Shown here one piece after another: positions 51,381 to 63,297 of a stretch of DNA of 64,000 nt. Under the pieces are notes generated by a model. That model saw only the letters and a list, made by a program, of their open reading frames with translations, was not told the DNA's origin and searched no databases. Position 1 is the first letter of the stretch, and each line of letters starts with the position of its first letter. The position numbers and the translations under genes were made by a program. The stretch comes from Eledone cirrhosa (lineage: Eukaryota), in the NCBI GenBank assembly GCA_964016885.1, contig OZ024743.1:224192001-224256000 (forward strand), read 5' to 3'.

Positions 51381-51721
51381 AGCGATGGCCGTAGCCATTT
51401 ATTTGTGCCCTCAGCTGGGCTTTTTAGTTTTAGGATGGTTATAATTTTTTAATTTAATACCTGTATGTATAACTTTTCAATTCCAATTACTTGTGTCAAG
51501 CTAACTTTGATATGTCAAATTGGAGGGGGTGGGGGTATTCTAATTTTTTATGTGTGAGGGGGCCTTCCAAACCTGAAGTGCCCTGGACCCCACAAGATCT
51601 AAATCCAACCTTGCTGGTTTTTAAAATAGTTTTATTTTCAATAATTATTTTTGATCATGTTTAAAAATTAATAGTTGTGCTTGAACGAAATTATAAAATG
51701 TTTTTTGTTTTTCCTTTCTAG

Positions 51722-51898
51722 GCGATATTGGTTTTCTCTCAGAAAGTAGACGTATAAATGTTGCCATAACAAGAGCTCGCCGTCATTTAACTGTTGTTTG
51801 TGATAGTGAAACAATGAGACACGACAAATTTCTTTCTTCATTGATTGATCATTTATTTAATAAAGGACACGTTTATTCTGCTAGCCAGTATATAAATG
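51722..51898 (+). CDS. IGHMBP2: IGHMBP2 exon 13 (motif VI)
   Basis: IGFLSESRRINVAITRARRHL. Confidence 0.95.
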
Positions 51899-52007
51899 GT
51901 TTGTATTAATAGGAATAATTACATATCTGATAATTTGAAATGTTGAAATCCAAGCACAGAAATCGTTATAAATAATAACAGCTTTAGAAAATTGGGTAAA
52001 ACATCCA

Positions 52008-52278
52008 TAACCCTTTAGCATTTACATTACTCTATATTTACTATTGCATTTTTGTGGTAAAGGCTTTATAAATAATAATAATAATGAAATTATTGTGTAC
52101 AGTGCTCATATCTTATATAATTATCTGAAATAATATCGAATCTACGAGATTTCAAATGTTATTTATTTTGAGAACAATACCATAACATCAGTATGAGTGA
52201 CCAGTTACAGCCAGTTTGAACAGAAAGAGGTGAGAGAATTCTGGCCAGATTTGGCTGGTTTACATGCTAAAGGCTTAA
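52008..52278. mobile_element. TTAA MITE copy containing a short CR1 3' fragment
   Basis: TAACCCTTTAGCAT...ATGCTAAAGGCTTAA; CR1 tail at ~52070-52107. Confidence 0.65.
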
Positions 52279-52610
52279 GGACAGAAAACGTAGCCAGCAG
52301 CCACTACAGGGAATTCAAGAGACACAATTTGATGCTCTGTAGTTGCTGCTGGCTACTTTCCCTAAAGCTGTATTATATATATTAATTTTTGTGTTAGGAT
52401 TCCATTTCAAATCATCCAAATGCTTTGATATATCTAATAATTTAATATAGTGATAGTTACATTTGCATAATTCTGAACATATGAATGTGTTGTTATTTAG
52501 AATAGCTGTCTCAATGATCTTTCTGTTTGTTTTAAGATTTTTGTTTTTCTATTGGTAAAGAATGTTTAATTAATCTGAATTTTGTTTTAATTTTCATCTT
52601 TTTTAAACAG

Positions 52611-52719
52611 ATGAAATTGTAGATCGGTCATCTTTAAGAAAACTGGAAGAAATGAAAGGCATTGAAATTGGTAAAAATGCAAACAAAAAGAAACCAAAAC
52701 CAAGTGATGAAAAACAAAA
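52611..52719 (+). CDS. IGHMBP2: IGHMBP2 exon 14 (linker)
   Basis: Open frame with AG/GT boundaries whose phases (1 and 2) bridge exons 13 and 15. Confidence 0.75.
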
Positions 52720-54006
52720 GTACTGCATATTTTTAACGTCTATAAAATTTACTTTCATCATCATCATTGTTTTTCAAACCCTTTTCTACACTAACAGGGC
52801 TGGACAGGACATTTTTCTATGCCTGATTGTCCTTTATTTTATAAGTATGTTATATACTGCTCACCTTCGATGAACTGATATTCTGTGGGACATATTGTTT
52901 ATGCAGGACATAAACAAATGCCACTGCCTGCTTTAAACATTGATATGAAGATGCACATGGTAGATTGAGACACACACCCTTGCAAGCAGGAAAAAGCGGA
53001 CGTAAAATGATGATGATGATGACACAAACATATATGCAGCAACAGCAAGCATTTTAAGTTCATTTTTTTCATGCTAAACCAGGAGTTAACCTTGCTGGAC
53101 CCATGATTGTCTACATGCTCATCATTGAGCCATTTTTTAAGCAATGTTCTACAGCTTGATGCCTTTCCTGGCACCCTTTTAGCCAACTTTTAAGACAAGT
53201 AGAGGTACAGTGTACCTATTCTAAACTGGATACACACAGAAATATATATATATATAAACCACTAAGCCATGTGCCTCCATCAGTTCCTGTCCCTCCCTTG
53301 CAAGCAGGGAAAAGCGGACGTAAAATGATGATATAAACAGTTCTGTATGAGCAAGACATGGTCACCTGACCCGACTTGCCTCAAACAGGACAACCTGTCT
53401 AACCCATGCTAGCATGGAAAATGGATGTTAAATGGTGTTTAAATTAACTCACAGGGCTAGAAAAGACACTTGTTTAAGATATCACACAATGGGATGAAAC
53501 TGAAAACCACATTGTTGTAAAGTGAACTTTTTGACCATTACAGTCATATCTACACTTAGATTATCTTTAGTATGCTACTTTGCAATAGCTAGAACACCTC
53601 ATACCTCTGATCCTCATGTCACAAAACATGTGAAAGCCTCTTTTTACTTCTCCACTTATTGAGTATACCTAATACTGAGCTTTTCTTCTACCTTCTTGGT
53701 AGCCTATTTTCTTCCAGTCATTCTAGGCCTGTTTTTTTTTTAGTTTTTATGGCTCTATCTATGGTACTATTCCATCACAATGTTACCTTCCATCTGGCAG
53801 GAATCTTGCCCTACAGATCTGGTCTGTAGCCTTTAAGAGGTTGTCCACTTTATTATAAATTTCTGTTTCTACCTCCATCGAATCATACACTTACTGCATG
53901 AATTTATAATGGGTGAGGCTCTTCTCCATTCTGCCTCTTATACTCAATATTCATCAATTTGATCTTTGTAAGGTTAGTATGTAATTTTTACATTTTATTA
54001 TTTCAG

Positions 54007-54148
54007 CAAAATATCTAAAGCTGAGAAGGATGCAAAACGACATAATGAACTGCATAAGACTCTGAAAGATTTCTCAAATAATTCAAAGGAAACTGTGAAA
54101 ATTTTCCCAGCTACACTTAACTCTTTTGAAAGAATGTTGGTACATGAA
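54007..54148 (+). CDS. IGHMBP2: IGHMBP2 exon 15 (R3H domain)
   Basis: FPATLNSFERMLVHE. Confidence 0.9.
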
Positions 54149-54402
54149 GTAAGGAAAATATATTTGTAGTATTTCTTTGATTGATTTAATTGACAAGGGA
54201 TTTGTGTTGAAATATTGCGTTTTGGTAATGTTATTAATGTCATAACAATTATAACGCTATACTTGTATTTTATAAATAGTCTCAATCTTGTGAAATATTA
54301 ATAGTATGATAGCTGATATGGTACTCTACTGAATTTGGTAGCAAACCAAAAATCATTTCATATATTTTTTAAGTATTCAATCAGCAAAAAAATTTAAAAT
54401 AA

Positions 54403-54582
54403 TAATTGTTTCTACTTTTGGCACAAGGCCAGCAATTATTCTAGTGCATTACTGGTACTTTATTTTATCGACCCCCATAAGGATGAAAGGTAAAGCTAAC
54501 TTTGGCAGGATTTGAACTCAGAACATAAAGCGCCATAACTCTATGCTGCAAAGCATGGTGTCTGATGCTCTGCCAATCCACT
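54403..54582 (-). mobile_element. SINE family B copy
   Basis: Reverse complement of 4412-4605. Confidence 0.78.
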
Positions 54583-55115
54583 GTTATACAATAATCTCTA
54601 TTAGGTTTATAAAAAGGATTTCTTAGTAACAGGAAAAAATATGCCCATAAAATATCAATACAATTTTATATTGAGATAATTTTATTCCATTTGTGCCTTA
54701 ACTATGCTTTGAACAATGTTTAATTAAGAAGAGAAATATGATATGCATTAGGTACTCGCATGCTAAAAGTGGCTTTGAATGTCACTTGGAGAGATCATCT
54801 GACTAATGAGAGGCTGTATGGGAACCTTCATCCAGTATCAGACACCATCAAAGAGTGGAAAGTCAGATTTGCAGGGCATTTATGGAGAACTAAAGACAAA
54901 ATTGTTAGTGAAGTTCTTTTATAGGAGCCTACACAAGATCTATATCAAGCAGATTTGTGAGATATAAACTCCAATTCCTCTGACCTGCCGAATATGATGA
55001 ACAATAGAATTAGATGGAGACAAAGTGAAGGGAATCTGTGCAAGCAGTGCAACCTATTGATTGATTGATTTTTTTCTGTATATTTTGTCTTTATTTATTG
55101 CTATTTTATTTTCAG

Positions 55116-55967
55116 ATAGCCACCAAATTGGGATTGGTTCATATAAGTGAAGGAGAAGACAAAGACAGGCAAATAATTGTTAAGAAGTCAGATAACAACC
55201 AACAAGAAACTAACCTAAATGAAGCTACAGTTGTAAATAACTCTTCAAAAGACTTGGTTGATAATGAATTTAAAGACAACTGTACTGGAATATCTGTCTG
55301 TTCTTCATCTGACTGTGATGCTACAATGATAAACCAGGCAATATCTGTTGATTCAAGTGAATTGTTTAATAAATCAGATAAAAAGGCAAAGAAAGTCAAA
55401 CAGCAAAATAAACCAGCACCAGCACCAGTTTTGGATTTTGATAAACCTGTGGAAGACACTGAAAAATGTCCTCATTGTTTAAAACAAATTTTAAAAAATA
55501 ATTATGACTTGCATACATTTCATTGTTCCAAGAGTAAAATATCCAATGCTAGGAATCCTAAACAAATGCAAAAGACCAAAAGTAAAACAAAATCCGATAA
55601 GATGTCAAATGCTTTATCTAAGGTTGACTCAGATGACTTTGATGCTTTAATATCAGCAGCTATGGAAGTGAACAATAAATGTAGTTTCCCTAAATGCAGA
55701 GAAAAAACTCAGACACTACGTATTAACTGTGAATTTTGTAAACTTCATTTTTGTTTGTCTCATAGCATGCCAGAAATTCATGGCTGTGGAGCTGAGGCGA
55801 AAGCTCATGCTCGTAAAATAATTTCTCGTGATGGTGTAATTTATAGAGGAAGTGGTGTTCCTTCTAAGTTACCAAATGCACGGAAAAGTGCTCAACTTCA
55901 TAATAAGTTAGATAAAAAGTTGACAGAATTGTCTGATCAGCGAAAACACAAAGAGAAGAAAAACTAA
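55116..55967 (+). CDS. IGHMBP2: IGHMBP2 last exon (R3H end, C2HC finger, AN1 zinc finger)
   Basis: IATKLGLVHISEGE; DDFDALI; CSFPKC..CEFCKLHFCLSHSMPEIHGC; TAA at 55965-55967. Confidence 0.93.
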   Translation: MATKLGLVHISEGEDKDRQIIVKKSDNNQQETNLNEATVVNNSSKDLVDNEFKDNCTGISVCSSSDCDATMINQAISVDSSELFNKSDKKAKKVKQQNKPAPAPVLDFDKPVEDTEKCPHCLKQILKNNYDLHTFHCSKSKISNARNPKQMQKTKSKTKSDKMSNALSKVDSDDFDALISAAMEVNNKCSFPKCREKTQTLRINCEFCKLHFCLSHSMPEIHGCGAEAKAHARKIISRDGVIYRGSGVPSKLPNARKSAQLHNKLDKKLTELSDQRKHKEKKN

Positions 55968-56136
55968 TTATTGTTATTTTTTTGGTTTCCAACATCTAAT
56001 ATCAATTTATGAAGTGTTGGTCTTGGAAAAAAGTTTCATTTTGTTAGGGGATTGAGGAAATCAAATTATGAAAAATCTTTTAATGTTTTGATAAATTATG
56101 AAATTTTATATATTTATCTTCAACTATTTTTGCTTG

Positions 56137-56142
56137 AATAAA
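56137..56142 (+). terminator. Candidate IGHMBP2 polyadenylation signal
   Basis: AATAAA about 170 nt after the stop; a second one at ~56210. Confidence 0.4.
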
Positions 56143-56439
56143 CAAGATACATTTAACCTCTTGATTATTTACTTAAAATGCTTAAAAATACTTAGAAAGT
56201 TATATTAGCAATAAAATCTGCACAATATAATTAATCTATTATATTTTGTATGTAAGATTGTTTCTTTTTTCAGTTTCAGCTGTTCATGTTCCACACAACA
56301 AATTCTGTGTATAAATCATATTTAGTCTTGTAAGATAATTTGGGAATTAAAACGCTGTTAAGACTTACAAACAATTTTCAGTGCAACTCACATTGTAATC
56401 TCATATATATTAGACACAAAATTTTATCATCATTAATAT

Positions 56440-57160
56440 CTTCATCATCATAGTTTTTATGTCCTTTTTTCCATGCTTGCATGGTTTGAACTGCTCCTTC
56501 TCAGCATGGCGTCTCTCCACTTGTCGCATTCTTTCATCATCTCTGAGTCTCGGTGATTTGAGGTCAGTTCTCACAACCTCTGCCCAGATCTTTCTTGGTC
56601 TACCTCTACTGCGGCTTCCTTCCAGGTTTTAATCCAACGATCATTGTCCAAGCATATCATGTCTGTACCAATAGTCTTCTCTCCTGCACACCACCTAAGA
56701 TTCCTCTTAAACCCAGCTTGTCCCTCAACTCGTGCAAACTCTGCCTTTCTCTCATGTATATTGCACATCCAACAGAGCATGGTTGCTTCATTTCTCTCCA
56801 GTCTATGCATGTAGTCTGCAGTCACAGCCCATGTTTCACTGCTATGCAGCATTGCACATCACATAAAAGTGTCATAGTCGTCCTTTTGCACATAGGGAGA
56901 AACCTTTTGTAGTCAACAGTGCGAGTAGCTCTCTAAACTTCTTCCATCCTATCCTTATTCTAGCTATTATGCTCTGAGCACCCACCTCCATTGCTAATTA
57001 CATTTCCTTGATAGCAGAAGCTATCAACCACTTCTATGGGTCCTTCCTGTGACTGGAAGAGGTTTATACCACTGGCTCTCTTCCCCTTAGTAACACCTGT
57101 GCATCTACATAGTCTTCTCATTCTGTTATCCCACTACATCTCTTGTGTATCCAAGATTTA
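56440..57160 (-). mobile_element. Degenerate RTE LINE 3' fragment
   Basis: MLHSSETWA..RLERNEA motif; same family as 2440-3660. Confidence 0.75.
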
Positions 57161-58054
57161 CATTGTCTACATCATATGGAGTTTCTATATATTGAGCAGG
57201 GCCACAAATATATTTAAATGTTTATTGTTTTTGAATTGTAATATGACTAGTATTAGGTTTAAAATTCTATTCTTATTAGTTTGACACCTACTTTTGCATA
57301 TTGGCTGTACATATGGGTTCAGTGATCTTCCATATTTTCTCAACTTATCAAACTGTATCTCAAATTGATAATGCACAGTTATGTTGTTAAGATATTTGCT
57401 ATGTACAACTTCAAGTTGACCAAAGCTATGGGAGTGAAATCTGATAGATGGTAGCTGTGTGGATACCCATCAAAGGAACAATTCCAGTTAGTAGGTGATA
57501 GATTTAATATGTAACCTAATATGCAAGTGCTCTTGTGTTCAAGGATGGGGGGTCATAACTGTGTGTGTATTGGTGATACTTTTATGTGGTATGAAATGGT
57601 GGTTTCTAGTGTAGTCTGTAAGTATTAAAGTATAAGATTTATTTGGTGTGACTTTTAATCTATCCTTATAGAGCCAACATTTTACTTTGTATATATAGTT
57701 GTTGATATCTAGCTATGTATAATAATCAAATGTTGCTATATGTACAATAATCAAATGTTGCTATATGTACAATATTTGGGGATATCAAGATGATATGGTA
57801 ACGAGTTCTTTGATCTAACATCATTACTTTAATAACTGTTTTCACTTTGGCATTGACTGAATGGGTTTACGGTAGTGTATCAATATCTTTTTCACATATT
57901 AGGCTAATCTCACCTGTGGTGTCTAACATTCTCAGATTTCACCTCACCACTACTTATGTTTTTCTTGCTTTGCCTCCACCATGAAAACCCTCCATCATCA
58001 GTTAATATATATATGAAGAAACAGATCGAGACGAAGTGAGAGTGTATTTGAATA

Positions 58055-58370
58055 CCTATAAATATGAGAAAACTCATCACTAGAACAGCCATTAAAACAG
58101 CTAAATGCTGTCAATGACAGCAATGGGCAAAAATGCTTCAGCCAGCAGAGAGACAATCCACAAATTGGGTGACAGGCAGGCCTTTGTTTGTTTTCTTCTT
58201 CCAGTCACTTCTATGCACCAACACCCCTCTCCTCATCTATATTTCATCTGCCTGTCGCCCAGCTTGTGGATGATTGTCTCTCTGCTGGTCTCTGTCCTCA
58301 GGCATTTTTGCCCATCACTGTCATTAACTGCATTTAGCTGTTCTAGCGACAAGTTTTCTCATTTTTATAT
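58055..58370. mobile_element. Foldback/MITE-like element with ~125-bp imperfect inverted arms
   Basis: ~58055-58180 is reverse-complementary to ~58247-58370 (e.g. CCAGCAGAGAGACAATC / GATTGTCTCTCTGCTGG). Confidence 0.7.
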
Positions 58371-58380
58371 GTATATATAT

Positions 58381-58692
58381 CATCATCATTTCATTTTACG
58401 TCCGCTTTTCCCTGCTTGCAAGGGTGGGATGGGAACTGATTCTGGCTTGATTTCTACAGCTGGATGCCGTTCCTAACACCAACCTCATTTACAGTGAGTG
58501 CTGGGTGCTTTTTTTGCAGTGGAATGATAGGGACTTCAGTCCCTATCATCTCATTTCTACAGCTGAGTAAACTGGAGCAATGCGAAATAAAGTGTCTTGC
58601 TCAAGGAAACAACACATCACCCGGTCTGAGAATTGAACTCACAACCTTTCGATTGCAAGGCCAATGCTCTAACCACTAAGTCATGTGCCTCC
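58381..58692 (-). mobile_element. SINE family A copy
   Basis: Reverse complement of 385-708. Confidence 0.85.
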
Positions 58693-59072
58693 AGATTATA
58701 TAACAGGGGTAATCAGTTTGCCTTATATGTTCTTACCTGTGCAGATTAGTTAATATTTTAATGTTCAGTCATAGGTTAAAAATAAAAATTTCATCAGAAC
58801 AATATAAAATATAGGAAAGAACTTTGTTAAATGAAATTAAAAATACAATTGATGATTGAATAGTCTCCTTCAAAATAAATAAATTGATATAAGTTAAAAG
58901 ATCATTTAAATTATTAACAAAATAGGAAATACAAATGTTTTAAATTTTAAGAAAAGCAACGCTTGCTGAATTTTGATTTAACAGCATTATTTTTATGTTC
59001 TAATTTATAATACAGTTTTATTTTATGATAATATTCCAAATCAAATTGATAATTTTTCTGATTTTTTTTCTT

Positions 59073-59215
59073 TTAAGATTCAATGGCATCATTAAAAAAT
59101 TTCACCAGTTTACATAGATCATAATTTACAAGAATGTCTTTCAGAGTTGATAATTTGTTCTTGACATCATGTCCCCTGAATCTATTACTGTCAATAAATA
59201 AATCTGTAATAACAC
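59073..59215 (-). CDS. BBS7: BBS7 last coding exon
   Basis: (S)VITDLFIDSNRFRGHDVKNK..YDLCKLVKFFND resembles the vertebrate BBS7 C-terminus; the acceptor is non-canonical (see findings). Confidence 0.88.
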
Positions 59216-59546
59216 ATAAAATATAGTTAAGGAATTCAATAACATGTATAGATATACAACAAAAAGCAACAACATGACTACAACACTGCCCTATCCTTTG
59301 CATCCTTCTTCACCAACTTCATTCAATTTTTTTTTCTTGTGATCATACATTATTTTATTCTTTCAACTAGTTATTGGTTTCAACTAGTAGACTGCAACCA
59401 TCACCCAGAACATATTCTTTTTTTTAAGCCTGGTATTTATTTCATTGATCTCTATATGGTGGTGTTAGTGTATGTGAGAGATAATTTGTTACAATTACCC
59501 CAAAAAAAAAAAAAAAAGGGAGTAAGATGATTTCAAAAAAGGATAT
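59216..59546 (-). other. BBS7: U12-type (minor spliceosome) intron, 331 nt, predicted AT-AT termini
   Basis: 5' splice site ATATCCTTT at 59546; branch site TTCCTTAAC at 59234-59226, 10 nt before the homology-predicted junction. Confidence 0.82.
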
Positions 59547-59670
59547 TATGAAGTTTATCTATATGAAATGAACTTTGAGAAAATTTCTCTCTGATACTTT
59601 TTGCATTTTCTACAATATTTAGATATTCTTCTGATAGGAAACTCATATCTCTTTCATGGACTTGCAATTC
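59547..59670 (-). CDS. BBS7: BBS7 penultimate exon
   Basis: ELQVHERDMSFLSEEY..HIDKLH; AG acceptor. Confidence 0.9.
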
Positions 59671-60890
59671 CTGGTAAGAAAAAAGATATTTATAAAATTT
59701 TTGGCAGTAACACATCTGAGTTGGACAAGTCTAGAATATAGCAGCTTACCATAAATTTCAGCCTTACACAATCTCACAATATTGTCTCTTTCAGCAACAT
59801 AAAGACACAATCATTGTTTATATGAAAGAAACCATATTTTGGGCAATTTAAAGTCACTACAAATTCTCTGATGATATTTACTAGTAACATAATATGGCTA
59901 AGATTATATCCCAATAACTAACTTTACTCTCCAAAACCAGAATAATACTTCAGTTTTGATCAACTGAAGTATTTTTTAAAAGCTCAAATAAGATTATGGA
60001 GTATACTGCTTCTATATTTGAAATACTATAGATGTTTTTGCTATACAAAAAAATCATAGATCAGATACAAAAGAAAACCATCTGGTTGGTTACCAAGGTC
60101 TTACAGTGCACTACAACTCTTGGTCTATAGACAAGCTGTCTCCTCAGTTTTTATCTAATCTACTACTGCTACATCAGCCTCTGATCTAGCCAGTTGCATA
60201 TCAGTTCCACCTACATTTCTTCTTAACATCACCCATAATGTCTGGCCTCACCAAGTTTTGGATGTTAATCAAACCAGTTTACAGATCTTTAACCTATTGA
60301 TTGCTGCATATATTTTACACAGCTGTGTCATATTTTTTTTCAGTAAAATGAAGTTATGAACTGTTGGAAACGAGTTATCTCATCCGTGGTACATGTTAGG
60401 ATGAGTTATCTCTTCTACAGCAATTTATCAACAGTTCTACATCCAGCAGTAAACATGTATTATGTAATAGAACAAATCTACATTCAGTGAGTCAGTCATT
60501 TAAGCAGTCAAGGATCTTATATCTCCAGCTGTTCTTGCTTTTAATTGCTCCACTGTATCTGATGCACATAAACTAAATAATACAAAAAAAGTTTTGTTTT
60601 TTTTTGTAATCTTGAACCAGAAATTTAGATATAATGTTTAAATTGAAAGATATGTGAATATTTCTGAAAATATCATAATGCATTAACCCTTTTGTTACCA
60701 TATTTATAATGAAAGGCACTAACTTTCTCAGCAGGGAAAACGGATGTTGAACGATGATAATCTGATATTTAGAACATAAAGGTTCTTCCATAAAAGTAAG
60801 ATAGAAATATTACTAATTTAAAATAAACAGCCCAGTATCATAGAACCAAATTTGTTAACTTCTATCATAAACATAGTATAAATTGTTTAC

Positions 60891-60994
60891 CTCCAAGGCA
60901 TCCAATATCTGTACACTTCTGACTAAACTCAATTGCTCTTCCATTTTGGGATGCATAATATTTAGTATGTAAGGTACTAAATCATTATCAACAT
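60891..60994 (-). CDS. BBS7: BBS7 exon
   Basis: IMHPKMEEQLSLVRSVQILDALE; AG/GT boundaries. Confidence 0.9.
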
Positions 60995-61562
60995 CTGAAA
61001 AGAAGTTTTAATGAAATATGAATACTTTACTTCTTCAATTTGTATATTATATCTACTTTAATTTCAACTTTTCAAGAATTAGTAACATTCAAATATTAAT
61101 GGAAGAAAACCTAAACGAATCAAAACATAGCCAAAGAATAATGATTATTATATAACTCTTACATTTTGTAATAATTTCACAGAAAGTATCTAAAAATGAA
61201 TTTGTAAATTAAATGTTTATACCATCTTTATGAGTGGATAATCATTGTGAAAATGTTTAATGTAGTGCTGTGCAGTCATGGTACTGTTTTGTACTTTTCA
61301 AGAATGTCTTACTAATGTGGTTTCATGCAGTATAGGATGTTAAGAGTTAATCTTTGATAGTCATCACAAGCAATAAGAATGTGAAACCATTGATTAGTAC
61401 ATTTCTCTAGGTTCAGGTAAGCACAACAGTCAAGATTTATTATCTAAACACAAGTTACAACTGATACAAAAGAAAGAATTAACTAGTAACACAATATTTC
61501 ACATAAAAAAAAACCAGGAAAATTAAATTTCACATTTGTTTTTAATAAAGTAAAATAATTAC

Positions 61563-61672
61563 CACATGTAATGGTGAGATGGACTTTTTTTTTAGTTGCT
61601 TCTGTTGTGATGAAATCTTTTAGAATAGAAATAGTTGAGATATTTTCTGAACGAAATACCATTTCTCCTTTA
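61563..61672 (-). CDS. BBS7: BBS7 exon
   Basis: [29 protein letters not shown]; AG/GT boundaries. Confidence 0.93.
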
Positions 61673-61864
61673 CTACAATTATGAAAATAGAAGAGAAAGA
61701 GAGAGTAAAAAAAAAAGAAAATGATTATAATAATTATTCAATCGGGTCATTTAAATTTTGTCTTTACTGATTCAACACTTTCAATTTTGAGACAGATGAG
61801 AAAGCAAATATGCATCAATAACATTGGAGATGAATGTTGTAAAGAGAAATGGAATAAAATAATT

Positions 61865-62245
61865 GGGTCTTGTGTTGAATCCAGGCTCTGCTGCACTTCG
61901 GGCCGAGGAGAGTAAACTCTCCAAATACCGGTCACTCTCCAACAGGGTTGCAGTCGAGCCCGTAGCAGTGGAGACTTCTGGTGTCCTTGTCTCTAGGGTC
62001 ACCTCCCTGCTCACCACCATCGGCACAGAGTTGGCTACCCACAGGTGTGAGCAAGCTGGAATGGCTCTTCTAGTGTGTCTCCCTCACCATCCTGCCAGAG
62101 GCATGGTGTGGCTAGTCTGCTGGGGCCATGGGGTGGCTAACACATGGGCCCTCATTTGCTCATAATAGTGAGAGATGGCGAAAACGGGAGAGACGGAGGC
62201 TGTGACGGTGAGAGTTTGGTTCCTTTGTGTTCAGACCTGGTATAT
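61865..62245 (+). mobile_element. CRE-like RLE retrotransposon 3' remnant
   Basis: NPGSAALRAEESKLSKYRSL..VEPVAVETSGVL plus the shared 3' UTR. Confidence 0.62.
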
Positions 62246-63132
62246 ATGTGTACGGACACACACTCACACTAAGACAGTGTAGTTATTTATTTTTAATTTA
62301 TACTTTAGTGATTTAGAGTATATAGTTATGAATGTTTAAATCATGCATCACATGAATTACCCTCAAGTAAATTTCATGCCAGTTACCTATAAAATTGTTA
62401 TATATATTTTTTTAATAAATTTATTTGGAAAATTAAAAAATAAAATGGAAGAGACTGGGTGAGAGAAATAATGGAAGTGAATGTTGAAAGAAGTAGAGGA
62501 AAGACAAAACCAAGAAAGATGAAGGAGGAGGAAATGAAAGTCAGGGAGTTGATGCATTGGGATAGCACAAAATTGGGAAGCTTATCATAGGGCTCACAAA
62601 GCTAACCCCTGATTTAGCTGGGAAGATGACCTTACAATGCTACTACTTGTCGATATTGTTTAAGTAATATGCAGGAGAAATGTCTTTGTACAAATATATA
62701 ATACATAGCAATGGTGACAGGCATTGTCTGGATGCTGAATATGTAGAATATAATGCTTATATATGAATTCATAGACTTCTAAATGCATATATCTAAAAAC
62801 ACACACACAAACATTTGCACACAATCACAGAAGCACATACACACACCTTATGAATTTAAAAACATATCTACATAGAAATATGTAATAGATATGTATGAAT
62901 CTATATATATGCATACATCCACATACAAACACATAGTGCAATAAAGAATGATACAGCTCAAAACAAGAACATTCAATTCTTCTCATGGTATATTAAAATA
63001 TCACTCTTCTGTTTAAATTTATGGACGGGGTCAAGCTGAATGACTATCACCAGTCTACCCACTCTAAGAACTAACTTACTTTCTCTGTAAAATTTAAATG
63101 ATAGATAATATAAATAACTGAATTGTTCTAAC

Positions 63133-63297
63133 CTGTAAGAACACTGCAGCATTGTTTGTTGAAAAGCTGAGATGAAACAGTGAACAGCTGTGTCTTCAAT
63201 GGGAGGCTTTTCTGGAAATTCTGGTAGGCAAGAACTACCCCAAGAGTGAGCTTCTGTAAAGCTAAATTGTCCTTTCAATTTCAAAGAATTAAACGAC
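63133..63297 (-). CDS. BBS7: BBS7 exon (the gene continues beyond the window)
   Basis: SFNSLKLKGQFSFTEAHSW..CLPEFPEKPP..FQQTMLQCSY; AG/GT boundaries. Confidence 0.92.

Noticed and set aside
51093-51398. ORF of 16-aa repeats, or a CRISPR-like array
   Set aside because: A contiguous 48-bp minisatellite with no unique spacers and no cas genes, in a eukaryotic intron.
57721-57772. 25-bp tandem duplication (similar short ones at ~6165-6222 and ~38837-38863)
   Set aside because: Ordinary slippage duplications with no further structure.
57905-58005. CTGATGA...GAAA on the minus strand
   Set aside because: I could not build convincing stems I-III, so it is not called as a hammerhead.
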